Shown here one piece after another: positions 11,640 to 24,486 of a DNA stretch of 64,000 nucleotides. The translations under genes were made by a program, and so were the position numbers. The DNA is taken from contig NC_043007.1 in the NCBI RefSeq assembly GCF_006345805.1, positions 50,654,001 to 50,718,000 of the forward strand. Direction: 5' to 3'. Positions within the stretch are counted from its first letter, which is position 1. Each line of letters begins with the position of its first letter. The notes beneath the pieces were generated by a model. The model did no database searches. It saw only the letters and a program-made list of their open reading frames with translations, and was not told the origin of the DNA. Source of the DNA: Octopus sinensis (taxonomy: Eukaryota).

Positions 11640-12780
11640 CGTGTATTATCCGAAATGTACAGTATTAAATATTCATCACGGCTGATCCTACCTATCGGTT
11701 TCGTGTGAAGAATACGATGGAGTGTTACGTAACAATCCAATTACATGACTTTACGCTCATCAGAGTTAGCCGACTTGGAATTGGAATATGGCTGCTGCTC
11801 TCTATTGTCGGAGGTGGATTAGCACAACCAGCTAGCGGCTGCTGTGAAACGAAAAAAGGGTGAGGGGATTGGGTTAGGAGTTATCTTGCAGTGGAGAAGT
11901 TGTGAATTATTAATGTGGTGTTCTTGTCGAGGAGGGATGTATGATATGTGCAGTGGTGCCACAGGATTAATTTTTTTCTAGGCGTGTAGGTATATATAGC
12001 TGTGTTCGTTGGTCTGTTTTCTATCTGTAAAGAATATAGCCGTGGGACGGCGGGTTTCATGTTAGCGTTCGGTGTGTAATGTGAAATGTATGTGTGTGTG
12101 TGGGGGCGTCTGTGTATGTGTGTAGGGGTGGTCTGTGTATCTGTGGGGTGTACAATTTGTGTGCGTGATATGTGTTGGGGTGGTGGGTAGCTCTACTCCT
12201 GCCACTATTGGCCTTAAGCCATATGATGACCTTGTTGGTGTTGCGCCATAAGGCGAGATCAAAGGCGTTTCTAACTCCGTTACTGATCTTCCTGATGAGC
12301 CTTTTGCTCACCTGTCCGATCTCAGACTTCTCCAGGTTTATCAGCCTGCATTTAGGGTTAGAGGCAAAGTTAGGCTTATGATCCTTGATCGTTATGAAGG
12401 CCTCTTTTTTCGCTAGCGTCTCTACCCTATATTTTGTGCCTAGTTTAAAAGCTAAATCTCTAGCCTCCTGGTTAATATTATCGTACGCCTGTGGGGTAGC
12501 CCTCCTGCACGTCTGTTTCATGCTGTTGTTAAGGAACTGTGCCTATCTGTCACAACTTACTCTATATAAACTTTTTGTTTTATCAGTGAAGAGAATCGGT
12601 CTATCAGAAGATTTAAGCTTGCGGGTAACTGTTCTAAGTTTACGTTGGAAAGGGTTTTAGGAGGGCGATTAGGACCACGTGGATGAGGAAGGCGCGATCC
12701 AGAGTGGACGGCGTGCTGGTCGGTCAAGGGGATCAAGGTGATGTATGTGTATATATATATATGATAATTCATCTTCCCAT
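11640..12780 (-). mobile_element. Internally deleted Penelope-like element (Neptune-like RT N-terminal region plus 3' region with hammerhead)
   Basis: ORF 12057-12521 reads INQEARDLAFKLG...EAFITIKDHKPNFASNPKCRLINLEKSEIGQVSK, the typical pre-RT motif of PLEs; same-strand hammerhead downstream. Confidence 0.8.
11679..11772 (-). ncRNA. Type I hammerhead ribozyme, partly degenerate stems
   Basis: Minus strand: CGGCUAACU-CUGAUGA-GCGU...ACAC-GAAA-CC-GAUA-GG-UA^GGAUCAGCCG. Intact core and a 3-bp stem III with tetraloop; mismatches in stems I and II; predicted cut between 11689 and 11688. Confidence 0.65.
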
Positions 12781-13028
12781 CACTTTTAAGTTACGTCTTA
12801 TGTTGAACCGGATAGTGTTGTAATTTGGTAGGGTCAACCTGCCAATAAACCCACGCCCTTGTAGTTCCGTTTTGGTTTTCTTGTGAATTAATCAATTAAG
12901 TAATTATTAAATAGTTTGACGTCAATTTATTCATCACACTGCCGTGGCATTGTCAATAGTTTGTACTACTGATTTTCTATGCGTGACTGATATGTTTTAT
13001 TCTTCCACTCCCACGTATGTGCGCGTGT

Positions 13029-13059
<31 letters not shown>

Positions 13060-14286
13060 TACACGCACGCATACGCGCGCGCGCGCACATACATGCACGC
13101 ACACACACATCTGAGTGTCAAAAACATTAACGCTTACTGTAGACTTTGAAAAGAGCATATCCCGTAAAATAAAATGTAAAATCTCCTCTAGACATTGCAC
13201 ATAGCTATTATACATGTATGTATGGAAATGTATATCGTGACGTCTGTGCTGCCAACAGAAGGCAAAACAACAACGATAACGGTAACAAAAGTATGACCTT
13301 ATAATATTTTTTCTTATCTGTGACATGATAGAGTATGAGAAGTCCTCCCATTTGAAATCAATAACAGCTGGACAAAATTGTGGGGAAGGAATGACTAAGC
13401 CAATTTCATACTGAGCGGAAGTGAGTTGTTCAAAAGATGCATTAACTGAAAGGAACCCATTTTTGCACAAAAGAGCAATTATCACATTAGGGACAGGAAT
13501 ATGGATTATCTACTGTAATGTCCAATAGCTGGGACTATATATATATATATATATATTCTATAGGCACGCATTCCGCTTAACAACTATTATAGACTTTGAC
13601 GAAAATTACGCAAATGTTTGATGATATTGCCAGCATCATTTTGACATAATTTAAAAAACACAATGAATGAACGGAAATGAATGAAATAGGCCAATCGCAT
13701 AGATTTAGAAAAATTATTCAAGAAGTGAGGTATTGAATGACAAACGGGAAACATATTTATTTTATTGCTATTTCCTTCTTAACTGGAAAAAGAAAATATG
13801 AACCTAGTGGCAATTATTGGAGACTTTCAAAGAAAAGCGAGATAATTTCACGAAATCTCTCAAAGAGAATGAGTGAATGAAGGAATCGCTGAGGGAATGG
13901 ATTTATTTGTGACTTATCGTATATCCCATAACCCTTTTCAGATGATTAATTCTGCTAGAGTTAGCCATCATCATGTATTACATTTACTGTTGAATACCTA
14001 CAAATATATTTCAGATACGAAGACTGAAATATAATAGTAGGTATTCACCAGTGAAATATAATAGTAGGTATTCACCAGTGAAACCACAGTGAAATACGTG
14101 AAACCACACTTAAACCATTTCAACCGTACAGCTTCGAAACTTTAGACTGGGACCGTAATTTATCTGAATTCAGTGGAAATGCAGAAAATATTAAACCATA
14201 TACAATAGATGAACAGACAGACAAACAGTGAGACAAATATACAGATAGTGAGAGAGACAGACTACGAACATGGGTGTGTGTGTGTG

Positions 14287-14322
<36 letters not shown>

Positions 14323-14484
14323 ATAAAATATTATTCGAGACAAAACCACTATTTTGCAAAACAAACAAGGAAAGACTTAATCAATACATAAATTTTAATA
14401 AATAGTCAAAAAAATTTATGTATTGATTAAGTCTTTCCTTGTTTGTTTTGCAAAATAGTGGTTTTGTCTCGAATAATATTTTAT
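14323..14484. repeat. Perfect 74-bp inverted repeat (14-nt spacer) flanked by (TA)n
   Basis: 14323-14396 is the exact reverse complement of 14411-14484; the arm resembles the tail of the hammerhead element at 58860-58925. Confidence 0.9.
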
Positions 14485-14561
14485 AATATTTTACTATAAA
14501 ATCGATTTAATCCTAAATCTGATTTTTTCCCTGTAAATTTGGATTTATTCCCTAATATTTA

Positions 14562-14611
<50 letters not shown>

Positions 14612-14633
14612 TAATATATATATATATTATATA

Positions 14634-14669
<36 letters not shown>

Positions 14670-14713
14670 TGTATTTATGTATGTATGTATGTATGTATAT
14701 ATGTATGTATGTA

Positions 14714-14913
14714 AGCATATGTTGTTGGCATCCTTTTGTCTCGGGTGACAATGAAGTTGCGCATAGAATAATCCTCTCCACCTTAGATAATATAAACAAA
14801 AAGGGATTAGAAATAGTAAAAAGTCTAGGGATAGATGATAGAACTGAACCATATGCCCCCATCCGAGATTAATCTGTCCATCGAAAATAGACATTGGACG
14901 TATATGTAAAAAC

Positions 14914-14978
<65 letters not shown>

Positions 14979-17155
14979 ATGTCCAAACTAAGAACTAAAG
15001 ATGGTTATATGAGAGCAGAGAAAACTAAAAACCAAATTTATACAATTAGATATAGACAGCTACTATTCCACGATTAATCCTACAGTACTAAATACAGCTC
15101 TTATTCTCTCAATGAAAAGCTCTAGTTTATCTAGGACAGACGTGGACATAATTTTAGCAGCTCGTCAAATTGTTATAACAAACAATGGACGGGGTCAGAT
15201 AGGGCTAATTCCTTTGATATAACAATGGGTTCGAGTCACTCAAGTAACAGATATTGTTGGAATCTACTTTTTATCTGAGGTCCAATCAGAATTCCCACAG
15301 ATAACGAGAGGTCTATACAGAGACGATGCTCTTTTCCTATTAAAAAAATGTACAAAAATTGAGATAGGAAGATATACAAAAGAAATCCATGAATGTTTTA
15401 GACGTTTCGGCCTTTCTATTACCATAGACTGTAATTACCGTAAGGTAAATTTTCTAGATGCAACTTTAAATTTGGAAAGCGACATGTATGAACCATACCA
15501 CAAACCTAATGAGTACTAAAGATACATAAACGTCAATTCCAATCACCCACCATCCATAACTAAGGGAATAATTAAGAACATAGCCACCTGAATTATCAAG
15601 ATTATCAGTCACAGAGAAAATATTCAATCAACATGCACCATATAGGCGCAGGAGTGGCTATAGGCGCAGGAGTGGCTGTGTGGTAAGTAGCTTGCTAACC
15701 AACCACATGGTTCCGGGTTCAGTCCCACTGCGTGGCATCTTGGGCAAGTGTCTTCTGCTATAGCCCCGGGCCGACCAATGCCTTGTGAGTGGATTTGGTA
15801 GACGGAAACTGAAAGAAGCCTGTCGTATATATGTATATATATGTATGTATGTGTGTGTTTGTGTGTCTGTGTTTGTCCCCCTAGCATTGCTTGACAACCG
15901 ATGCTGGTGTGTTTACGTCCCCGTCACTTAGCGGTTCGGCAAAAGACACCGATAGAATAAGTACTGGGCTTACAAAGAATAAGTCGATTTGCTCGACTAA
16001 AGGCGATGCTCCAGCATGGCCGCAGTCAAATGACTGAAACAAGTAAAGAGATACTACAATGAAGCGTTTACTAGGGTATATAAAGGGAAAATCAGGTTTG
16101 AAAATAATGAAACCCCAAATAACACAAACGCAAATAAGGTAGAATACACGCATAACACGAATGACATCAACAAACGAATAACAATAAAAAAAAGGAAAAC
16201 CTGAGAAACAAAATAAAGAAGGGGGGAAACAAATATAACCCTAAAGAATAGGCATAATTGGAATACAGACGCATATAATCGCGACAACAAACAAAATAGG
16301 TTGAAGGAACCAAAAAAGAGGTACAAAAATTCGGAGGTCCAATGGTATAATCCAATTTTGGGATTCCAAATATTGTAAAAGATAGGTAAGCAATTCATTG
16401 CAGCATTAAATAGATGCTTCCCGAAAACATACGAATACTGACGTTTATTCAACAAGCACAGTGAAAATATCGTGCGCAACATCTTACAACTGGGAGTACT
16501 ACATACACAAATACAACAACAGGAAATTAAATATACAAACAACTCCTGCTGGAAGAAAGCAAACAAATCAAAGCATCACATGACTTAAGGCCAATAACAA
16601 AAATAAACAACAGACAGACTGCAAAAACTCAGATGGTAATAAAATTGAAATGAATCATCAAAAAAGATCCAACAAAAAGGATTGCTGATTTCACAATGCT
16701 CCAGACACTAACAATCAAACAGAACATCATGAAAACAGAATCAAAAGGCCAACAGATAAGCATAAAATAATAATAGAACAAATAACTGCATATGCCATAG
16801 AAAATCCGCTTGTCCACTCATGAACCAATGTGTCTAAAGTAACATTGTATACAAATGCACAATCGCCACATCCCAACATAAATACGTGTATATAGGTGCC
16901 ACGGAAAACCAATTCAAAGTCCGTTTCGTCATTCTAAAAAATAAACAGATGACACGCAACTTCACTGGCAGACCTTATATGGGGACTGAAAGAATCAAAA
17001 ATTAAATACGAAATGAAATGGTCAATAATAAAAAATGCACACCCATGTAATTCGCTATCCAACACATGTGACCTTTGCCTTGAGGATGCATTGAGTTTAC
17101 TGCTGAGTAATGAGAACCTGGTAAACAAGCATGATGAGAAAATTACAAGATGGAA
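14714..17155 (+). mobile_element. Near full-length decayed Penelope-like element (RT + GIY-YIG), Neptune-like
   Basis: Manual translation gives SLGIDDRTEPYAP, DIDSYYSTINP, FDITMGS, GLYRDDAL, VNFLDATLNL, INVNSNHPPSI, and YVYIGATENQFKVR...WSIIKNAHPCNSLSNTCDLCLEDAL; interrupted by (AG)n and a SINE. Confidence 0.9.
15643..16050 (+). mobile_element. SINE family A, full length, inserted in the PLE RT region
   Basis: tRNA-like head (tggctgtgtggtaag A box, ggttcagtccc B box), internal (TA)/(TG) tract, tail gactgaaacaagtaaagag; an 18-nt head duplication. Confidence 0.9.
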
Positions 17156-19112
17156 CAGTGTATAAAAATTAAAATTATTAGTATTCTATTTCACCACACA
17201 CATCCTTTCCGTCTCACGTCTATATATATGATGCACTGTGTGTATATATGAATGGAGTGCCCAACGATATACCTATGCGCATGAATATGAGTAGATATAT
17301 GTATGGGCGTCTATGTATGGGCGACTATGTATGGGTGTAAATGTGTTCATTGATCGGAATGCGTGTGGGGGAGGGGTGCATGTGCATATATATGTACGTA
17401 TATATGTGTATATATATATATATATGTGTGTGTGTGCTTGTGTGTGTGTATGTGTGGGGGACGCGCAGAGATGTAGTTGTGTGTATATGTGTGTCAGTGA
17501 TTGTATATGTATGAGCGTATGTGTCAGTGTATTTGCGAAATAATAAAATTTAGTATGTGCAACCTAACATTTGAAACAAAGTGGACAACCAAAGTATACA
17601 ACGTCGTTCATGTCGAGCGTGTAGAGGCACGTTCACAGCGAGCAGAATGGAACTGCCAGCGACTGCTAGATTCAAAAGAGCCAGTTGGATGTGTTACCAT
17701 CGAAGTCAAAGATTAACTACGGAGAAGGCGATTATATATCACCCGAGGAGATACAACTGGATCCCATTATACAGATAAACCGTTGCTTAATTTAAATCCT
17801 GTGTATATGTGGATCTATGTTGTATCGAAACATGTGTAGTGTTTATTAAACAGCTGTCTAAACGTACTCCTTCCTGTTGACTCTACTTATACAATTTATA
17901 CACACACACACGCACGCACACACACACACATATATACACATACATACATACATACATACATACATACATACATACATACACACATACATACACACATACA
18001 TACACACATACATACATACATACATACATACATACATACATACATACATACATACATACATACATACATACATAAATCCCAATATAATGGATTCAACTAA
18101 TTCGGCGCTACTCATAAAAAGGCTCCTTAATGTATCATTCCGCAATCACGGAGTATATAGTACAATACAAAAGAAAAGCATAAGGAGTGTATAAAATTAT
18201 AAATAAGGAGAAAAATATACTATGCTAAAATTCATTTTTCTCCTTGGAAATTCTTATTTAACAATTGTTTCGCAGTTTAATAAACATGTATAGAAAACTG
18301 ATTTGATTATGAAGCGCTAGCTTAATATTTGCATTAATTTAAAGGTTGTATATACATTCATACAGATATGTAGGTAATTTATTTATTATAAAATATAAGA
18401 AAATGAATTATTTATACACGTTTATTAAACTGTAAATCAATTGTCGTTAAATAAGTATTTCCAATGGTAAAATAAATTTTATCATTGTATATTTCTCTCA
18501 TTCATGATTATTATTATTTATGATACGTGTGTGTGCATATGTCTGTGCGTGTATATATATATATATGTACACACGTATATATAAACAAGTGCATGATATA
18601 TTTATTTTAACATGTATTACAATATGCATATAAATATGCGAATATATATATATATATATATACATGTGTGATGTTTATGTCTGAATATGTGCACATATGT
18701 AAATATCTATATGGTTCTGTATGTGTGCGTGCATTTATATACATATGGATGTGTGCGTGTTTGTGTGTGTGCTTGTCTGTATGCGTAGTGAAAAGATGAA
18801 AAACATAAGAAGTCAAGAAACAAAAAGGGGAAAGAGTGGAATAAGAACATATGTTTAAAATATATTTCCTTAAATACATAAGACGTTCACAGTCACTTGG
18901 GAACTTAAAGGCCTTGACATTTGCTCAAGACCATACATGAATAATGATTTTTCCTTGAAATGCCTCAATTCAAAAAGAATATTTATGCCTAAATGCCAAT
19001 AGCAATGATTATGTCGGCATGGCTGCCTATGCTCTCCAATGCTTTAGATATTAAAGTGTCGCATGAAATAGAGCACAGATATAAAAGCTCACGGTGATTT
19101 AAACGGAGAATC

Positions 19113-19160
<48 letters not shown>

Positions 19161-19811
19161 ACGCCCAAACATATGTGTATGAATGTACGTGTGTATGTAT
19201 GTATGTATGTAGGTAGGTAGGTAGGTGTGTGTGCGCGTGTGTGTACATATATATGTATATAGATAGATAGATATGTGTGCGTGTGTAGATTTCAACTAGT
19301 AGGTTACCCATCATTAATAATGCAAATCGACTATTGGATTTAGCTAAAACTTAAATAGATTTCGTTTTCTTTTTGAATTTTTATACTGTTGTTACCCTTT
19401 TTTTTTGTAAAGTTCTGTATAATCTTTAGCAAACATAATGGTAAAACCTGATGTTTGCTAGTGTTTTTGACACATGCATTTTTCCCTTTGGAAATATGAA
19501 AGAAATTAATGCGATTTGTCTAAAATCAGTCCTGACCTAACTCGTATAAACGAAACTGTTCTAATAAAGTTTCTTTGAAGTCTGATTTACCATTTTGATT
19601 TTTGATTTTTAAAAAATTTTATTTGGTTGTTCTGTTTGTCTACATATTTACATGATAGCTCCACTGTATTTCTAAACAACAGGTATGAGTTCCTTTCTGT
19701 AACACGTCGGACTGGGTGGCTGATATTAAACTATTTATGTTAAGATTAAATTGCCAGGAAGTTACGAAAGATTTATGTTGGCAAGATGTATACTTGTAAT
19801 TTATTATTAAA

Positions 19812-19975
19812 TATTGATTTCAATTTTTGGCACTAGGTCAGCAATTTCCGACGGTGGTGTAAGTCGATTACATCGAATCCAGCGCTCAACTTGTACTTAT
19901 TTTATCGACCCCGAAAGGATGAAAAGCAAAGTGGACTTCGACAGAATTTTAACTCAGAACGTAAAGAGTGTTCTC
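19812..19975 (-). mobile_element. SINE family B
   Basis: ttgatttcaatttttggcactagg...ttttatcgaccccgaaaggatgaaaagcaaagtggac...aactcagaacgtaaa is the reverse complement of the B consensus. Confidence 0.75.
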
Positions 19976-20341
19976 CTTAGGTTGATAGAACACGTATTCT
20001 ACCATATGTTCAAAGTTTCCTCCAATTCCAGGTAAAAAGGAAATAATTTTTATTTTCCATGAAGTATTTCTGAAAATAAAAGTATTAATTAGCTGAGTGA
20101 ACTCTAACATGACACTTCACAGCGAACCACAGCAGCAAAAGCAGCACCATAATGGCAATACAGAGTAGAACAATTTAAGAAGAATATATTCAGTTGAAAC
20201 TTATTGTTAAAATCATTTACTGAAATTGTGTGTATGTCACTGTCAGCTCTTGTGGCATTTAAAAGCGGAACGTTGAGAATGTGTATGAATTGCATTGCAT
20301 CATTTAGACTAGTTTTTACCGTTTGGACAACAGTTCTGTTA

Positions 20342-20678
20342 CTGTGGTTCCCAAACTTCTTTTACCTATCGACCCATTCGATTACGATTTTGGTGGATTC
20401 CCGTAGCCATTCGATGTTTATAAAGTTGCTTTATAGATGCTTCTTTCAAAATTCTTATTTCGCTTTTTCACATATTCACCTCTGTAATCGGAACTCTGTA
20501 TAACGTCAGAGAAGGTAACATAGGTTGTTTCAATGCGATAAATGCATCTAAAGTAAAAACTTTTCGTGAGTCCCTAAAATACTGCTGTGTATCCCCAATT
20601 TACTATTTTGCTTGTGTGAATCCCTAATAATATTATACGTACCCCTGGGGCCGTATGGACGCCGATTGAGAACCACTG
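20342..20678. mobile_element. hAT-type MITE, degenerate
   Basis: Termini ctgtggttcccaaac and gattgagaaccactg resemble CAGTGGTTCCCAAAC-type hAT TIRs; no clean 8-bp TSD. Confidence 0.55.
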
Positions 20679-20694
20679 ATTTAGTTCCGTGTTT

Positions 20695-21050
20695 CACTAT
20701 TTAGTAGCGTATTCTATCATTTAGTCCAGCAATTTATCATTTAGTCCGCTATGTCACTTAAAGAGTTAAATAGCTAATGTTCTACCATTTTATCTAATGC
20801 TCTACTATATTATCCAGTGTTCTACCAATTTAGTTTAATATTTTACCATTTAATCCGGTTCCATCATTTTGTTCAATATTTTACCATTTATCCCAACTTC
20901 TACCGTGAAGCCCTGTATTCTGCTATTTTGTCAGCTGCTTTGGCATTTGATTCACAGTTCTGCCATATAAATTGCTCTCCTACCATTTAGTTCCTGTCCA
21001 ACCATTTAGTACACTGTTCTTACTTTTAATAGATTTAATCCATTTTCTCT
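20695..21050. repeat. Degenerate ~20-nt minisatellite with core ttctaccatttagtcc
   Basis: More than 10 recurrences of (c/t)taccattt(a)g/tatcattta. Confidence 0.65.
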
Positions 21051-21528
21051 GCTCTTTCATCTACAATTATGCTTCCTGACGCAGTTCTGGAGTATATTAT
21101 AATATCAAACGGAATTGATAAACAGATGTAATAAAGGGATTTTGTGGAGGTGGCGTTTGTGTTTTGGTGTTACACTGTATAAACTGTGTAGGATGTTACA
21201 CAGTATGTATAACAACTGTGTAGTTAATGAATTCACTTTGTTGTTACATGGTTTCAGGTTCGATGCCACCGCACTCAAGGATCTAAATAAAAGCAATATG
21301 TGAGATTTCCGATATGGAATACATTGCTACGTATTACATTTAATCTGTTTACCAATTTCACAATACCTCTTGACATTTGCGTGCATTTACCTATATCCGC
21401 ACGGTTATAAACTTTCAGAGCAGGTCTCTGGTTTCCCGTAACACATGCGTTGTGGTTTTTATTCTCTTCCCTCTCTCTCTCTCGGAGGCCAAACGATGAT
21501 AGGCACTGCACTTTTCCCGTCACTCTAA

Positions 21529-21790
21529 ACCCATGGTTCTCACCTGGGGTTTATAGGGTCCTTGGAGGTTCATACAAGATTTTGTTGTTAAAATTTATAA
21601 TTAATAAACTAGTTATACATTTACAATACACAAAATATTTTAATAATTTTTTGTAAAATACGTAATAATATTTAATTATAAAAATATAATAGGATTTTTA
21701 AAACAACGAATGGTTATGGGGTCCACCCGAGTAAAATAGGAATTACAGGCGTCTATCGCTACAAAAAATATGGTTGACAACTATTAGTTT
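21529..21790. mobile_element. hAT-type MITE, degenerate
   Basis: Termini ccatggttctcacc and atggttgacaactatt; flanks ctctaaac and gtttaaac look like a decayed 8-bp TSD. Confidence 0.5.
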
Positions 21791-21880
21791 AAACTATAAA
21801 ATGAAGCTTAAACGTCATACTGTGTGGTGAACTTAGTTCGGCAGTAGTAAGGGATTCAGTGAGACCATATTTTATTGGAT

Positions 21881-21919
<39 letters not shown>

Positions 21920-22018
21920 TGTGTGTGTGTGAGTTGATTAGTGAGTATGTATTAGTGACTGTGAGTAAAAAGAACACCTTTCCGCAATTAAAGGCAGTAT
22001 ATTAATATTGGTGTGTTT

Positions 22019-22457
22019 CTAAGGCGGTGAGCTGGCAGAAACGTTAGCACGCCAGGCGAAATGCTTAACAGTATTTCGTCTGCCGCTACGTTCTGAGTTC
22101 AGATTCCACCGAGGCCGACTTTGCCTTTCATCCTTTTGAGGTCGATAAATTAAGTACCAGTTGCGTACTAAAGTCGATCTAATCGACTGGTCCCCTCCCC
22201 AAAAATTTCGGGCCTTGTGCCTAAAGTAGAAAAGAATATTTAAGGCGGCGATCTGACAGAAACGTTAGCACACCAGGTGAAATGCTTAGCAGTATTTCGT
22301 CTGTTTTTGTGTTCTGAGTTCAAATTCCGCCGTGGTCGACTTTTCCTTTCATCCTTTCGGAGTCAATAAATTAAGTAGCAGTTACATACTGGGGTAGATC
22401 AAGTCGACTGGCCCCCTCCCCCGAAATTTCGGGCCTGTGCCTACAGTAGAAAAGAAT
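22019..22457 (+). mobile_element. Head-to-tail dimer of SINE family B
   Basis: Two consecutive complete units (22019-22240, 22241-22457), each aaggcgg...agtagaaaagaatatt. Confidence 0.9.
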
Positions 22458-23380
22458 ATTGGTGTGTTTCTTTATGCTATGTCAACTTCTGGATACATAT
22501 CTGACTTTGCAATGGAATCCTAAACTTTATGGATAACAGTTTACAAGAAAATACCTTCAGAGATTATGAGGTCAAACATTTTGAAATAATAAAACGGTTT
22601 CTGCTGTGTTGTATTTAATTTTAATTTTTTTGTTTTTATCTAAACTTTTTATTTATGTAGCACATCGAACTGTTAGAAGTATCAGTTAAATGGCTTCCAA
22701 AGCATACAATACCACCTTCACAAATAATGGGTAGTGTTGTTCTGGATGTCTACAAGTACCTGATGGCTTCGGATGGATTATCTTTGAACCATAGGTCTGT
22801 TCAGTCAGAACTGAATTAAATAAGAACAACAACACTAATTAAAGTTGCTGCTATTTAGCTCGTAGCGAATGTTTACTGTTAAGTACATTGGGTCTTTTGA
22901 GAGATAAACCCTTTCAAAGTCTTCGTTTGAAATAAATCCACAAGCTGGCTGTAGGCATGGTCGTTTGGTTACGAAGTTCAATTTGCAATCATTTGCTTGA
23001 CTTAACACCTCCACCACCTGGTTCATAGGTGCCTTTAACAGAGTCAACCCGCTGAAAGAATTCGCGCATTGGTTTAAGGATATCCCGATAACTTGCTGTG
23101 CTACTTCCTGCTGCTTCCCTAAGTCGTGATTTCTATCCTAGCTTCTGTACTCCTCCCAGTCTCGAGCCCCAGCAAAGTGCCACGACTGCTAACTTTCCTT
23201 CCCTTACTAAACTTTAAAATATATTTTATAAAACAAATAGAAAAAAATAACACGCATTTGACAATGACAAATTAAGAAATCTGACTAAAATTCGAAACGT
23301 GGACCTCCGCATTCGTGAACACAACATGCTACCTACGCGGTCATTCGCTTTCCTCTACCACTTCTCCCCTCTCCCTCTCT

Positions 23381-23428
<48 letters not shown>

Positions 23429-23538
23429 TACATACATACATACATACATGCATACATATATATAGATATACATATATACGTATATATATGTATATGTGTG
23501 TGTATATATACACACATATCTATAAACATGTATGTATA

Positions 23539-23607
<69 letters not shown>

Positions 23608-23646
23608 GACACACAGACACACACATACATATATGCATAAATATAC

Positions 23647-23728
<82 letters not shown>

Positions 23729-24125
23729 ATAAATCTACACCGTTAGCGGAAGGGGAAGGAAAATAAACAGCACGTGGTTAAAATCTTTGAAACTGAAGGA
23801 AATCACTGAATCGAAAATTGGCGGCTAATGAAAAGAGAGAAATGAAGAAGACTTATGTAGAAGCTTAAAGAGGTCAGTCCCCTTGGGAGGAAGGAAAGAA
23901 CGAATGAATCAGTGGATCGTGAATTTCTTTCTATCATTTTTTTCTTCCTTTTCATGATTGGATTATTCTTACAGTTTCTATGTTATGTTTTTCCTCCTGA
24001 TTCCGCCTCCATTCACCACATCACAAAATATTAGAACCTATCCTTTGCCAATATACATCCGCACCTTCATGTATTCATTTACACCCAAATCTCTATGTGT
24101 TTGTATGTATATATATATATAAGTA

Positions 24126-24158
<33 letters not shown>

Positions 24159-24454
24159 TGTATGTATGTATGTATGTATGTGTGCATGCATGTATATGTA
24201 TGCATGCCTGTGTGTGTCTGTATATATGAATGCGTGTACGTTTGTAAGTATGATTGTATGAATATATGTGTGTATATATGAATATGTATTTATGTGTGAT
24301 TCTTAAATGAAACTGATACGAAACAAACATGATTTAAAGTTGAAAATTGTTAGTGAGCCACCTGGCAGTCACCTTATGTATATGGCTGTTGTTTGGTATA
24401 TACATGTGTGTGTGTGAATGTGTGTGTATGCCTATGTGTGTGCACGTTCATAAA

Positions 24455-24486
<32 letters not shown>

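Noticed and set aside
14025-14115. Possible CRISPR-like repeats
   Set aside because: Adjacent tandem copies without spacers, in a eukaryotic context.
15660-15740. tRNA-like A/B boxes
   Set aside because: These are SINE heads; no complete cloverleaf or acceptor stem.
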